Program-made: the position numbers and the translations under genes
The notes under the pieces: model-generated
What the model was told of the DNA's origin: nothing
Seen by the model: the letters and a program-made list of their open reading frames with translations, nothing else
The model's database searches: none
Source of the DNA: an uncultured Desulfurococcaceae archaeon
GTDB lineage: Archaea > Thermoproteota > Thermoprotei_A > Sulfolobales > NBVN01
Direction of reading: 5' to 3'
Assembly: GCA_964655125.1 (NCBI GenBank)
Contig: CAZZLT010000046.1
Location: 82,159 to 146,158 of the forward strand
Length of the DNA stretch: 64,000 bases
Shown: positions 51,558 to 61,200 of the stretch, one piece after another
Layout of the letters: the number at the start of each line of letters is the position of its first letter
Numbering within the stretch: the first letter of the stretch is position 1

Positions 51558-53813
51558 TTGTTGATGGTTAGTGATATGTTTAGGGGTATTAAGCAATATA
51601 AAACACTCCTAGTAGAGGTAGTATGTATATTAATACTTACCATATCGTTAGTTGTTGGGTCCTACCTTAGACTACAACCAGTTTATAACGCGTTAAGATA
51701 CGGTTACGGTCCTACACTTTATGAAATGGATCCATTCCTAAACTATTGGATAGTTAGTAGGTTATATGAGAATGGTCTTACATACTATACGTCATTAACT
51801 AGTGAGAACCCAGTAACTAAGATATTCTGGTATCCTTACGGTAGGGATATCCCTGCTACTGAGTTACCGGCACTTCCTTATATCTCATTATTCACCTACT
51901 ACATAGCACATGCTGTAAATCCATCAATAACACTTTATGAATGGCTTGTCTACCTACCAGTAGTACTCTACATAATTAGTGTTGTAGGTATATACTTAAC
52001 AGTTCGTGAGCTTTACGGTCCGCTACCAGCTGCTATAGCATCATTAACAGCATCATTAATGTTCATTGATAGGCAGGTAGCTGGTTTCACAGTTAAGTAT
52101 GTTTTAGGTCTAGCCTTCATATTCCCAGCTATATACTTCCACGTAAGAGCATTTAAGAGGGATTCTACGATCTCAGCACTACTATGCGGTATAGTGTTAG
52201 GGATCTCAGCTATTAGTTGGGCAGGGTTTAACTTAGTCTTAGCAGCTATATTCCTACAGTACGTGTTAACACCATTAATAAGAGGTAGTATGGATATGAG
52301 GTACTTTAAACTCTGGATTTATGAGATGCTACCCCTAACGTTAATTATATTACTTACACCATCATATTATAACGGGTATGAATACTTAATCAGAAATGCT
52401 GGTTTAATGATCCCGTTGGGTACTATAGTATTAGTTATAGCTCTTACTATCTTCTACCTACCGAGGTTAGGGATTGTTAGGAGGAATTCTAAACTCTATA
52501 AACCGAGGTTCATCTACTTCTCAATCCTAGCTATATTCGGGTCTTTAGGTATAATAGCATTAACTACAGGTTTTGTAGGGATAGGTGGTAAGGGGTTAGC
52601 AGCTATGGGTTTAGGTAGTATAGCAGGTGTCTTAACAGGTACTATAGCTCAGTATAGAGGTGCTACATCGTCAGAGTTCATATACTTAGGTGGGGCTCCA
52701 TTAATAATCTCCTTAATATGTATCCCCTACATGATGTATAAGGTGTTAGTACGTAAAGACCTTAACCAACTCTTCATGATTTTCTTACTGATAATCTCTA
52801 TAATATCTACTTCAAACGTAGCCTACTTCTTCTCATACAGTAACTTAGTAGTAGCTCTAGTTTCAGGATGTGTTGTTGGGGAATTACTAACACCTAAGAT
52901 ATTCACTAAAAGTAAGAGTGGGTGGTTCTCTAAGATCTTAGCCATAACTTTACTAGCTATCTACGTAAGCTCCGTCATACTTCAAGGACTGTATGTGTGG
53001 GTACCTTCCTACAAGTCAGTAGTACCGACAATTATAGAGTCTGGAGTTGGTTTAAATCTAAATATTCCATCATGGATAAATACTTTAGACTGGGTTAAGA
53101 ACAACACAGATAAAGATGCAGTAATTGTTGCTTGGTGGGATTACGGCTACTGGATCTCAGTAGTTGGTGAGAGAGCATCACTTGCTGATGGATCAACACT
53201 AAACTTCACACAAATACATCTACTAGCAAGAGCGTTAACTAGTGATGAAGATACAGCTGTAAACACGTTGTTGAAGTATTTTAATATACCGCCTAATAAG
53301 TTATACATAGCTACTTACGAGTTCTTCATAGTTGATGATACTAATAGAAGAGTATATCCAGGACCTCTAGTCCTCTCAAGACCTGATGGGACACCGATCT
53401 TCTTAGGAGCTGATGGTGCTAAAGCTATCTCTGCGATGTTTAGGATAGCTGGTGTTGATATAGATAAGGAGATAGATTTAGGTGGTGGTGATCACGTTAA
53501 GATCTATAGGTACACCGCTTCACGAGGTACTGTATACTCATTCATACTACCTAACTGGAACTCTAGTAAGGTTTCTGAAGCCCTCCTCTACAAACTATTA
53601 GTTGATACGGCACGGAGTGTGTGGGGTCCTCTAGGTTATGAGGTCTACGACCTCTTCACACAGTCTGGAACACCTACTGAGATCTACACTACCGAGATGA
53701 AGTATTTCAAACCATCCTATATAGCAATTTCAAGAATTACATCAACTATATACTTAATAACAACACTTTACAAACTTGATGAGAATTCATTAAGTAACAT
53801 TAAAGTGGGTTAG
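51558..53813 (+). CDS. aglB: Oligosaccharyltransferase AglB/STT3
   Basis: About 13 TM segments followed by the WWDYGYW motif. The start is probably ATG 51564 or 51576. Confidence 0.92.
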   Translation: MLMVSDMFRGIKQYKTLLVEVVCILILTISLVVGSYLRLQPVYNALRYGYGPTLYEMDPFLNYWIVSRLYENGLTYYTSLTSENPVTKIFWYPYGRDIPATELPALPYISLFTYYIAHAVNPSITLYEWLVYLPVVLYIISVVGIYLTVRELYGPLPAAIASLTASLMFIDRQVAGFTVKYVLGLAFIFPAIYFHVRAFKRDSTISALLCGIVLGISAISWAGFNLVLAAIFLQYVLTPLIRGSMDMRYFKLWIYEMLPLTLIILLTPSYYNGYEYLIRNAGLMIPLGTIVLVIALTIFYLPRLGIVRRNSKLYKPRFIYFSILAIFGSLGIIALTTGFVGIGGKGLAAMGLGSIAGVLTGTIAQYRGATSSEFIYLGGAPLIISLICIPYMMYKVLVRKDLNQLFMIFLLIISIISTSNVAYFFSYSNLVVALVSGCVVGELLTPKIFTKSKSGWFSKILAITLLAIYVSSVILQGLYVWVPSYKSVVPTIIESGVGLNLNIPSWINTLDWVKNNTDKDAVIVAWWDYGYWISVVGERASLADGSTLNFTQIHLLARALTSDEDTAVNTLLKYFNIPPNKLYIATYEFFIVDDTNRRVYPGPLVLSRPDGTPIFLGADGAKAISAMFRIAGVDIDKEIDLGGGDHVKIYRYTASRGTVYSFILPNWNSSKVSEALLYKLLVDTARSVWGPLGYEVYDLFTQSGTPTEIYTTEMKYFKPSYIAISRITSTIYLITTLYKLDENSLSNIKVG

Positions 53814-54190
53814 GTAGATCTACTGGAGATCTTTACAATGTTTAAAGTCGTAGATGCTTCAATAACCCAGCAAGCAATTAATCTGGAGTAGTAGATGACT
53901 GCATATTCTTCAGGTACTTCATGACCTAAGTATTTAGTTAATGCTTTAACAGCGACCTCCGGATCTATACGATGTCTTATATGGTCAGATAACTTATCTA
54001 TTAAATCAGTTAGTGATAATTTAGTCGTAGTAGTTAACTCCCTTACTTTCTCTAAGTCTGAGTTCTTAATGATTGCTTCTTCCCTAGCTTTATCCCTACC
54101 TAACTCTACAGCAGTTTTAATATAGTGAAATAACGGTGTGTAGTCCTTAACTAACTCCCCAGTAGCAAGTAATGGTCTATACTCACTCAC
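53810..54190 (-). CDS. Hypothetical protein
   Basis: 126 aa, helical, no motif recognised. Confidence 0.45.
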   Translation of the reverse strand: MSEYRPLLATGELVKDYTPLFHYIKTAVELGRDKAREEAIIKNSDLEKVRELTTTTKLSLTDLIDKLSDHIRHRIDPEVAVKALTKYLGHEVPEEYAVIYYSRLIACWVIEASTTLNIVKISSRST

Positions 54191-54262
54191 GTACTAATAC
54201 CCTAACTACTAAAGTTTACAATAGTATTATATTTAATCATTAGAAGAAAGATTTATTAGTGG

Positions 54263-55165
54263 TTGACTGTGAAGGGGGTATTATGGGATGGTTCTGTTAA
54301 GTTTGTAGATGTTATAAGACCCTACATAAGACAAGGTTATATCCTCGGTAAGACGGTATTAGCAGGCATCACACATATTGAAAGAGCTATATCATTAGGT
54401 ATAGTCCCCACTGAGGTTGGTAGGATTTTAGGGTCTTTAGGTGTTATTAGAGTAATTGATGTTAGTAGTGATTTAGATAGTAGTTTAATTGGTAAGTACT
54501 TCCTACTACTACCTAGATATGACTTTATAGGTGGGGTGGATTTCAACGGTGTACTTACTGAGTACGCAGCATTACCTCATAAGATATTAACCCCTATTAG
54601 TGAATACTATGTTCAGAATCCTGAAATACTCATTCATGCAGAACTCTCATATATTTCAAATTTAATTAAGTATGTTAAAGGTAGAGAGGTTTTAATACTA
54701 GGGTGTGGACCTACTTCCTACGTAATTACTAAGTACATTAGTAAGCTATGTAATGCTTACGTAGTATGTTATCATAGTCATAAGTTCCTACAGAAGATAG
54801 CTGAGGTAGGTGTTTACGTAGCAAATTATGAGAACATTAGTAAAGAACGTTATGACGTAGTATTAATACTAACTTTAAGTAGTTACCTCATGTCTAGAGC
54901 TTTAAAACATGTTAAAGATCGTGGGTTAGTACTCATACCCCCCACCATCCCTAAATCACTAACTAACTTACTATGTCTGAACCTAACTAATAATGTTAAG
55001 TTGAAGATATTAAATTATGGTGATTTAAGTACTAGTGTAAACCTCCTTAAGAATAACTTAGGTAGTTTAAAGAACTTAATTAGTATTGTAGATGATTTCG
55101 ATAAGGTACTTGACAGTATGTTTTACTTCTGGAGGGTAGTAGTTAATAGGTTATTGAAGACGTGA
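54263..55165 (+). CDS. MDR (alcohol dehydrogenase)-like Rossmann protein, divergent
   Basis: VLILGCGPTSY dinucleotide-fold motif. No Zn-ligand motif recognised. Confidence 0.4.
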   Translation: MTVKGVLWDGSVKFVDVIRPYIRQGYILGKTVLAGITHIERAISLGIVPTEVGRILGSLGVIRVIDVSSDLDSSLIGKYFLLLPRYDFIGGVDFNGVLTEYAALPHKILTPISEYYVQNPEILIHAELSYISNLIKYVKGREVLILGCGPTSYVITKYISKLCNAYVVCYHSHKFLQKIAEVGVYVANYENISKERYDVVLILTLSSYLMSRALKHVKDRGLVLIPPTIPKSLTNLLCLNLTNNVKLKILNYGDLSTSVNLLKNNLGSLKNLISIVDDFDKVLDSMFYFWRVVVNRLLKT

Positions 55166-56362
55166 TTTAATAACATTACTTAATATCTTAATACCCTCAA
55201 CTATCTGTTCTTCCTTTGGATAACTAAAGTTAAGCCTCATAGAGTTAACTCCACTCCCATCAACGTAGAAGGGTGCTCCCGGTACATAAGCTACTCCAGC
55301 TTCTATAGCATCAAATAACATCTTTGAAGTATCTATATCCTCTCTAGGTAGTTTAAGCATTACGAATAAACCACCAACAGGTCTAGACCACCAACACCCA
55401 GGTACCATATAATCCTCTAAAGCCTCTAACATCACATCCTTCTTACGTTTGTAGATGGTCTTAGCCTTCTCAATAACTAAGTTAACTATACCTGTTCTTA
55501 AAGCCTCTGCTGAGAGGTATTGAGTAAATGTTGGTGTGTGTAGGTCTAGAGACTGCTTACACTTCTCAAACTCCTTCACTATATCGTTATGAGCTACTAT
55601 CCAACCTATTCTAAAACCTGGGGAGAGTATCTTACTTAACGTACTCACATATATAACCCTACTACTTAAACTCTTCAAAGGTGTAGTATCTGTCGGTTCG
55701 TAAGTGAATGAACTGTAGGGGTCATCCTCAACTATTAAGAAATCATATTTCTCAGCTAGTTCTATTAAATGTTTTCTCCTGTTTAAACTCATAGTAACTC
55801 CGGCTGGATTATGAGCTATAGGTATGGTATATACTAACTTCACCTTCTTACCCTCAGCATACAACCTCCTCAACCTAACCTCAAGAACGTCAGTGTTCAT
55901 ACCGTCGTCATCTAATGGTATACCGATGAAGTTCGGCTCACTAAGTCTGAAGGCATTAATAGCTCCTAGATATGATGGGAGTTCCATAACTACGTAATCT
56001 TTAGGGTCTATCAACGTTAGAGCAATTATATGAAGTGCTTGCTGACTTCCTGTAGTCACCATCACATCATCGTCTTTAGATACCTTCACACCCCTACTAC
56101 TTAAGAAGTTAATTAGTTCATACCTAAACTCATCCACCCCCTTAGTAGGGCTGTACTGTAGAGCACTATCCCCACGCTCCATCAACACCTTACTACATAT
56201 CCTAACTAACTCCTCCTTAGGGAATGTCTGTGGGTCTGGGAGACCACCAGCAAGACTAATCACCTTCCTACTACCGACAATCTTAAGCAACTCTCTAATC
56301 TCTGAAGACTTCATCAACTCAACCCTACGGGCTATGAACTTCGATACGTTATACATCGACAA
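55151..56362 (-). CDS. PLP-dependent class I/II aminotransferase
   Basis: HNPAGVT, the PLP-lysine context STLSKILSPGFRIGW, and a C-terminal RLNF. Confidence 0.88.
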   Translation of the reverse strand: MSMYNVSKFIARRVELMKSSEIRELLKIVGSRKVISLAGGLPDPQTFPKEELVRICSKVLMERGDSALQYSPTKGVDEFRYELINFLSSRGVKVSKDDDVMVTTGSQQALHIIALTLIDPKDYVVMELPSYLGAINAFRLSEPNFIGIPLDDDGMNTDVLEVRLRRLYAEGKKVKLVYTIPIAHNPAGVTMSLNRRKHLIELAEKYDFLIVEDDPYSSFTYEPTDTTPLKSLSSRVIYVSTLSKILSPGFRIGWIVAHNDIVKEFEKCKQSLDLHTPTFTQYLSAEALRTGIVNLVIEKAKTIYKRKKDVMLEALEDYMVPGCWWSRPVGGLFVMLKLPREDIDTSKMLFDAIEAGVAYVPGAPFYVDGSGVNSMRLNFSYPKEEQIVEGIKILSNVIKSRLQ

Positions 56363-56424
56363 AGCTCACACCTTAGAAAGTGAAGTGGTATAAATATATA
56401 AACTTAACTGTAGTATATGATATC

Positions 56425-57939
56425 TCATTTAACGATATTAAAACTCCTTATATTTAAACCTAAATCTATGAATTCCCAAGGAAGTGTTTCTGAGGGATTC
56501 CTAGGTCTAAACACGTAATCAGTATCAATACTTAAAGACTTAAGTATATATTTATAATTTGAGAACTGTAACTTATCACTAACATACGCTTCACTAACAT
56601 ATCTTAATAGTACATCACTTAATTTCACATCACCTAAACTCATAGTTGCTTGTACGTACGCTAAGTTATGACTTAATGCTTCGATACTAAAGTACCTACT
56701 GGGGAGTTCTTTCCTGATAAGTCTAATCCTACGCATATATTCCTTCTTATTAATTAACCCGAAGAACTGTATAGGGGTATTTGCTTTAGGTATTAATGGA
56801 TTTATAATGACTCTAACCCTCCTCCTAAACCTACTCTTATCTAGTATTGGTATTAGATTTCTAAGGAATTTAACTAATTGGTTTATATCCTCATCATCTT
56901 CGAAGGGTATACCTACCATATAATATAACTTAACCTCCATCCCTAACTTAACACTGTAATCTACTAATTTAGAGATTAACTCATCACTAATATACTTCCT
57001 AATAACACATTTTAATTTATCACTATGTGTTTCCGGAGCTAATGTAAGTGTTTTCTGACCACCACGTCTTATTAAGTCAACTCTATACTCATTTAACGTA
57101 TCAGCTCTTACTGAAGGTATACTAAACTTTATACCTTTCTCTAGGAGTGATTCTAATATCCTATCTGCTGAGTGATGATCGAAGAATGAGAGTGAGTAGA
57201 ATATAACTCTATCAACCTTATTAACTTCTAAGCCCTTACCTATACTCCTCATTATCTTCTCATAACTCCTCACCCTATATGGGTATGAGATGAATGCCTC
57301 CATACAGAATGGGCATAAGTGCTTACATCCCCTAGAGACCTCCATGATATACCCTCTACCAAATACTGACTCAATAATTAATGACTGAATCTGATATTCT
57401 GGGTAGTAAGAACTATCTAAATCAACTATATACGACTTCCTAATCCTACTACCATCATGAATTAATGGTATGTAGAAACCTTTACTAGCTAAATCCTCTA
57501 GGAATAAGTCCTTACTATGTAGTAACCCTATAGAATTCATTAATAACTTAAGAGCTTCCTCACCCTCACCTATAACTATACCGTCAAAGAATTTAGAAAG
57601 TGGTAAGGGATTTGCAGAAAGTGCTGGACCACCAGCTATGATTATAGGTCTCCTACTACGGTCGTTAACTACTGGTATATTATTTAGTAAGAGGATTTTA
57701 ATAGCGTTGAAATAATCGAACTCGTAGCTTAAACTCATTAAAACTATATCGAATTTCCTTAAATTTAACGATGTTAAAGAACCGTTGATGGGGTTATCCA
57801 TAGAAAACCTATCAACTAATACATCACCGTATGAGTTTAAGTAGTAGTAAGCTATATGAGTGAATAAGTTAGTTATTGAGGCTTGGTAAGTACTTGGGTA
57901 GACTAAAGCTATCTTAACTGATGGGTTACCCCTAGGTAT
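56425..57939 (-). CDS. B12-binding-domain-type radical SAM protein, 5' end unresolved
   Basis: CxxxCxxC = GCKHLCPFC. The frame stays open above the track ATG (57801) up to 57981 and encodes KIALVYPSTYQASITNLFTHIAYYYLN, the conserved first strand-helix. No canonical start lies in that stretch. Confidence 0.8.
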   Translation of the reverse strand: MPRGNPSVKIALVYPSTYQASITNLFTHIAYYYLNSYGDVLVDRFSMDNPINGSLTSLNLRKFDIVLMSLSYEFDYFNAIKILLLNNIPVVNDRSRRPIIIAGGPALSANPLPLSKFFDGIVIGEGEEALKLLMNSIGLLHSKDLFLEDLASKGFYIPLIHDGSRIRKSYIVDLDSSYYPEYQIQSLIIESVFGRGYIMEVSRGCKHLCPFCMEAFISYPYRVRSYEKIMRSIGKGLEVNKVDRVIFYSLSFFDHHSADRILESLLEKGIKFSIPSVRADTLNEYRVDLIRRGGQKTLTLAPETHSDKLKCVIRKYISDELISKLVDYSVKLGMEVKLYYMVGIPFEDDEDINQLVKFLRNLIPILDKSRFRRRVRVIINPLIPKANTPIQFFGLINKKEYMRRIRLIRKELPSRYFSIEALSHNLAYVQATMSLGDVKLSDVLLRYVSEAYVSDKLQFSNYKYILKSLSIDTDYVFRPRNPSETLPWEFIDLGLNIRSFNIVK

Positions 57940-58029
57940 GAATACATTTAACTCTTTAAACAGCCCAACACCACTTATTACTTAACCCCCTATAACAGTA
58001 GCATAAAATGAGGTATTAAGTTTGCAAAT

Positions 58030-58458
58030 CTAGCCTTGAGGACTTCTAACCTTAGAAATAACTATATTAGTAATATTACGGACTATACTATTGATGTATT
58101 CCTTATGTTTTTTCCTAAGATGTGGTTCTGCATCAGAAATTCTGAGGTAAGTATTACATAACATACATACTACCCTACCACCACTCCTTAACATTACAGG
58201 TTCTATAGATGCTATATAAGGATATATGATCTCGACAACTTTAGTAGCTACTCTATAATTCCCTGCCTTATCTATAACTCTCTGAATATGTCCTCGAACC
58301 TTAAACTTACTAGTCCTATACTTAAACGCTATAACACTTGGAGACTCCCCATCAATTAAGTACTCCTTAATAGCTACTAATGCTACTACATCATTAATCA
58401 ACTTCTTAATAACTAAATACCTAACGATAGCAGTAATAGCCTCCTCCATAGCACCCAC
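58030..58458 (-). CDS. Hypothetical protein with C-terminal C2H2-type zinc finger
   Basis: CMLCNTYLRISDAEPHLRKKH (C-x2-C-x11-H-x4-H). Confidence 0.5.
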   Translation of the reverse strand: MGAMEEAITAIVRYLVIKKLINDVVALVAIKEYLIDGESPSVIAFKYRTSKFKVRGHIQRVIDKAGNYRVATKVVEIIYPYIASIEPVMLRSGGRVVCMLCNTYLRISDAEPHLRKKHKEYINSIVRNITNIVISKVRSPQG

Positions 58459-58696
58459 TTAAACCCTACGAATAAGAATACATAAAAAGGGTACTACTTA
58501 TTAAGATGAGGGTTAACAAATTTAGTAACTGTGTTAGTACTTCTAGATACTCTCTTTAATAATTAATGAGTCTTAATACCTAATTAACTCCTCCATTAAT
58601 TCACATACCCCTACCAACGAAGATAGAAATAGTTGAGCATTACGAATTATTAGAAAGTAAGAGTTATTAACTTTATTGCCACTGCTTTTTACGTAG

Positions 58697-58906
58697 GTGT
58701 GTATTGTGAATGAGAGTTTATTATTCGATAAGATTCAAGGACCCTCAAGAACTTTGTCAATAAAACTTGACTGTAATACATTAACGAAGATTGATTACTT
58801 AATAAAGTATTATAAGTTTAGGAGTAGGAGTGAATTTATTAGGAATGCAATTATGTATAAGATTAATCAGTTAAATAAAGACGGTAAGTACAGTCAAGTA
58901 CTGTAG
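58697..58906 (+). CDS. Ribbon-helix-helix (CopG-like) protein
   Basis: LSIKLDCNTLTKIDYLIKYYKFRSRSEFIRNAIMYKI. The start may be the second GTG (58706), which follows AGGTG. Confidence 0.5.
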   Translation: MCIVNESLLFDKIQGPSRTLSIKLDCNTLTKIDYLIKYYKFRSRSEFIRNAIMYKINQLNKDGKYSQVL

Positions 58907-58950
58907 TGATATATTAAATTTTTAGTTAAACCTGTATGGTGGTTATTTAA

Positions 58951-59250
58951 TTGTCTTTATTCTGGGAGCCTAGGTGGGTTAGGAAGAAGTTAATAGTTGA
59001 TGGTATTGAGGTAATTACTTGTGTAGATGAAGTTACTAAACTGATCTTATGCCCTATATGTGAGGATATCGATGAGTTCTGCCCTGAAGATAAGCAAACT
59101 TCTAAAGTGAAGGAAAACCTCCTCACATTCTTCACACCTAGGGATTTGATATACCATTTAAGAAGTCATAAACATCTTAAGAAGCTTAAATTTAAAGTGG
59201 AGAAGTACGAAGAAGCTGAGGAGGTTGAAGAGGAAGAAGAGGAAGAATGA
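58951..59250 (+). CDS. Zn-finger-like protein with poly-Glu tail
   Basis: CPIC...C...FFTPRDLIYHLRSHKH and the C-terminal EEAEEVEEEEEEE. ATGA overlap with the next gene. Confidence 0.5.
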   Translation: MSLFWEPRWVRKKLIVDGIEVITCVDEVTKLILCPICEDIDEFCPEDKQTSKVKENLLTFFTPRDLIYHLRSHKHLKKLKFKVEKYEEAEEVEEEEEEE

Positions 59251-60212
59251 TGAATGTGGTATATTTAGGTGAGAGTTTATCTACATTAGCTTCTATCTTA
59301 AAGAAGTCTATAGTTAATGAAGTAATAATAGTTGATATATGGAGTGATGGGAGTTTATTAAGCGGTATTAGAGTAAGTAATTTAGAAGTTGATAAAATCC
59401 CTATACTAGCTAGGGAGGGTATTACTACAGATAATACAGTATACTTCAAACCCGATATCGTATATGTAGGTAGTGAGACTACCTATGATAATAAAGTGTC
59501 TATGGGTGTAGAACTACAGAGGAACTGGTTCTACGAACTATCTCAAGGAGGAACTATACCTAAGAAATTCTTCTGTAGTATATACAGACATCTAAAGTCT
59601 TTAGTAAGTGTTAGGAGAAGTTATGATGTAATCAGTACTATTAAGTTAAGAGAGAAAGAATTAAGACTTACTAGGTATGGAGTCCTACATTACGATACTT
59701 TAGTGAATACGTTACCATTACCATACTTTATAAGTAAGGTAGACTTACCACCAGATATTAAAGAGGGTTTAATATCTAAGTTAGATTATGTAGGTTTACT
59801 AATTAGTATAGCGTTAACACGATGTAATATAGATAACTACACCGTAGTTTATGTAGGTAGGAAGAACTTAATCCCACATACTGTAGTCCTGATCCCGTTA
59901 AGAAACTTTATAGAGGAATTAATAGACTACACAATAATTTACTCAATAACGTCTATTAGGAGGCCCTATATTAGCTTTAAGGGTGAGTACGTAAATCGAT
60001 TATTATCAGATGTTAGTAAATTAGGGGTATTTAATATTGAGTTAATTAGTTATAAGGTAATTCATGAGAAGTACGGGTTGTTAGGGAGGGTTGATGATTT
60101 AGAAAGTTATTTAGGTAGTCTAAAGGATTCTGGTGTAGTACTTAAAGGACGTTTAGGTATTTGGAGAGAGTTAAGTATTAAGGAGTTATTATGTTGTAAC
60201 AACGTTATCTAG
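59247..60212 (+). CDS. Amine-oxidase/UDP-galactopyranose-mutase-like fold protein with degenerate dinucleotide-binding motif
   Basis: YDTLVNTLPLPYF and the C-terminal LKGRLGIWREL resemble that flavoenzyme family. The N-terminal GxGxxG is replaced by YLGESLS. Confidence 0.5.
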   Translation: MMNVVYLGESLSTLASILKKSIVNEVIIVDIWSDGSLLSGIRVSNLEVDKIPILAREGITTDNTVYFKPDIVYVGSETTYDNKVSMGVELQRNWFYELSQGGTIPKKFFCSIYRHLKSLVSVRRSYDVISTIKLREKELRLTRYGVLHYDTLVNTLPLPYFISKVDLPPDIKEGLISKLDYVGLLISIALTRCNIDNYTVVYVGRKNLIPHTVVLIPLRNFIEELIDYTIIYSITSIRRPYISFKGEYVNRLLSDVSKLGVFNIELISYKVIHEKYGLLGRVDDLESYLGSLKDSGVVLKGRLGIWRELSIKELLCCNNVI

Positions 60213-60566
60213 AGAGTCATCCCTATCAACATATATTCCTAAAGCATATGTAGGACTTACCTCACCTTCAACTGTTGAGTATGTTAGTATTAAATCAACA
60301 GCTTCATCAACAGTTACTAAACTATTAAGACTTACCTCAAAACCATTAATAATTACTGATACCCCCTTACCCTTCTCATCAGTTAGTAACGGCATAATAT
60401 AAACTTCAATACCATACTCTCTAAATACCTTTATAGCTGCATTCCAAAACCTCCTTAAGATCTCATCACCTAATACATTCCCATACCTAAAAACTATATA
60501 GACATCAACAGCCATAACCACACCATTCACTAAAGTACTACGTAAATTTAATAAAAATACTAACAC
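60189..60566 (-). CDS. Hypothetical small alpha/beta protein (possible start at MAVDVY, 60515)
   Basis: Its pattern is similar to 42970-43266. No CxxC. Confidence 0.45.
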   Translation of the reverse strand: MLVFLLNLRSTLVNGVVMAVDVYIVFRYGNVLGDEILRRFWNAAIKVFREYGIEVYIMPLLTDEKGKGVSVIINGFEVSLNSLVTVDEAVDLILTYSTVEGEVSPTYALGIYVDRDDSLDNVVTT

Positions 60567-60635
60567 TAATGGTAATCCATAATATATCCAACCACGTTTA
60601 AGAATTTTAACTACTACTTACTAACTCTATAGGGT

Positions 60636-60893
60636 TTGAGGATGTGGTTTTCACATCTTTCCACACCTTTAGGTCCTAGAGTTAGAACTCAATACTCATT
60701 CATATACGACCTCACAAAGGAATGCTATATTGATGAAAAATCTAAGACCCTACACACTATAAGTTTAGAGTGCTTAGATTTAGAACATGTAGAGAACATC
60801 ATTAAAGTATCATATGTTGACCCCGACATAATTGATACGGTAAAAACTTCAGCTAAGGGAATTAACACAATAATATTTGCATCCTACTACTGA
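60636..60893 (+). CDS. Hypothetical protein
   Basis: 85 aa with no motif recognised. Confidence 0.35.
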   Translation: MRMWFSHLSTPLGPRVRTQYSFIYDLTKECYIDEKSKTLHTISLECLDLEHVENIIKVSYVDPDIIDTVKTSAKGINTIIFASYY

Positions 60894-61168
60894 CTTTATA
60901 ATTAAGACACATTCTCATACTAGGTAATTGGAATTCATAGTTAAAAGAGACTTAATTATAGTGTAATCCTAAAAGAAGAAACCACCCTTCTAACACCATA
61001 AAATAACTTTAAGAGAACCCCTTAAATAATATTCAAATCATTTCATTATTTACGTTATAATTAACTCCATTAGTAGGTCTTCATTGTAATTCATGACCTA
61101 CTCCTCTCGGAGAGATAGGTCCTGACGTCCTTCCCATCCTTAAGGACAGAACCTTTCAGTTGTAAAAC

Positions 61169-61176
61169 TTATTAAA
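61169..61176 (+). promoter_or_regulatory. TATA-like box (TTATTAAA) for hsp20
   Basis: About 25-30 nt upstream of the TTG 61201 / ATG 61207 start, implying a near-leaderless mRNA. Confidence 0.35.
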
Positions 61177-61200
61177 TTACTACCACTACTTAATCTGGGG

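Noticed and set aside
61073-61160. RNA thermometer in the hsp20 5' UTR
   Set aside because: The structured island lies upstream of the predicted TATA box (61169-76), and the mRNA appears nearly leaderless. It is probably not part of the hsp20 transcript.
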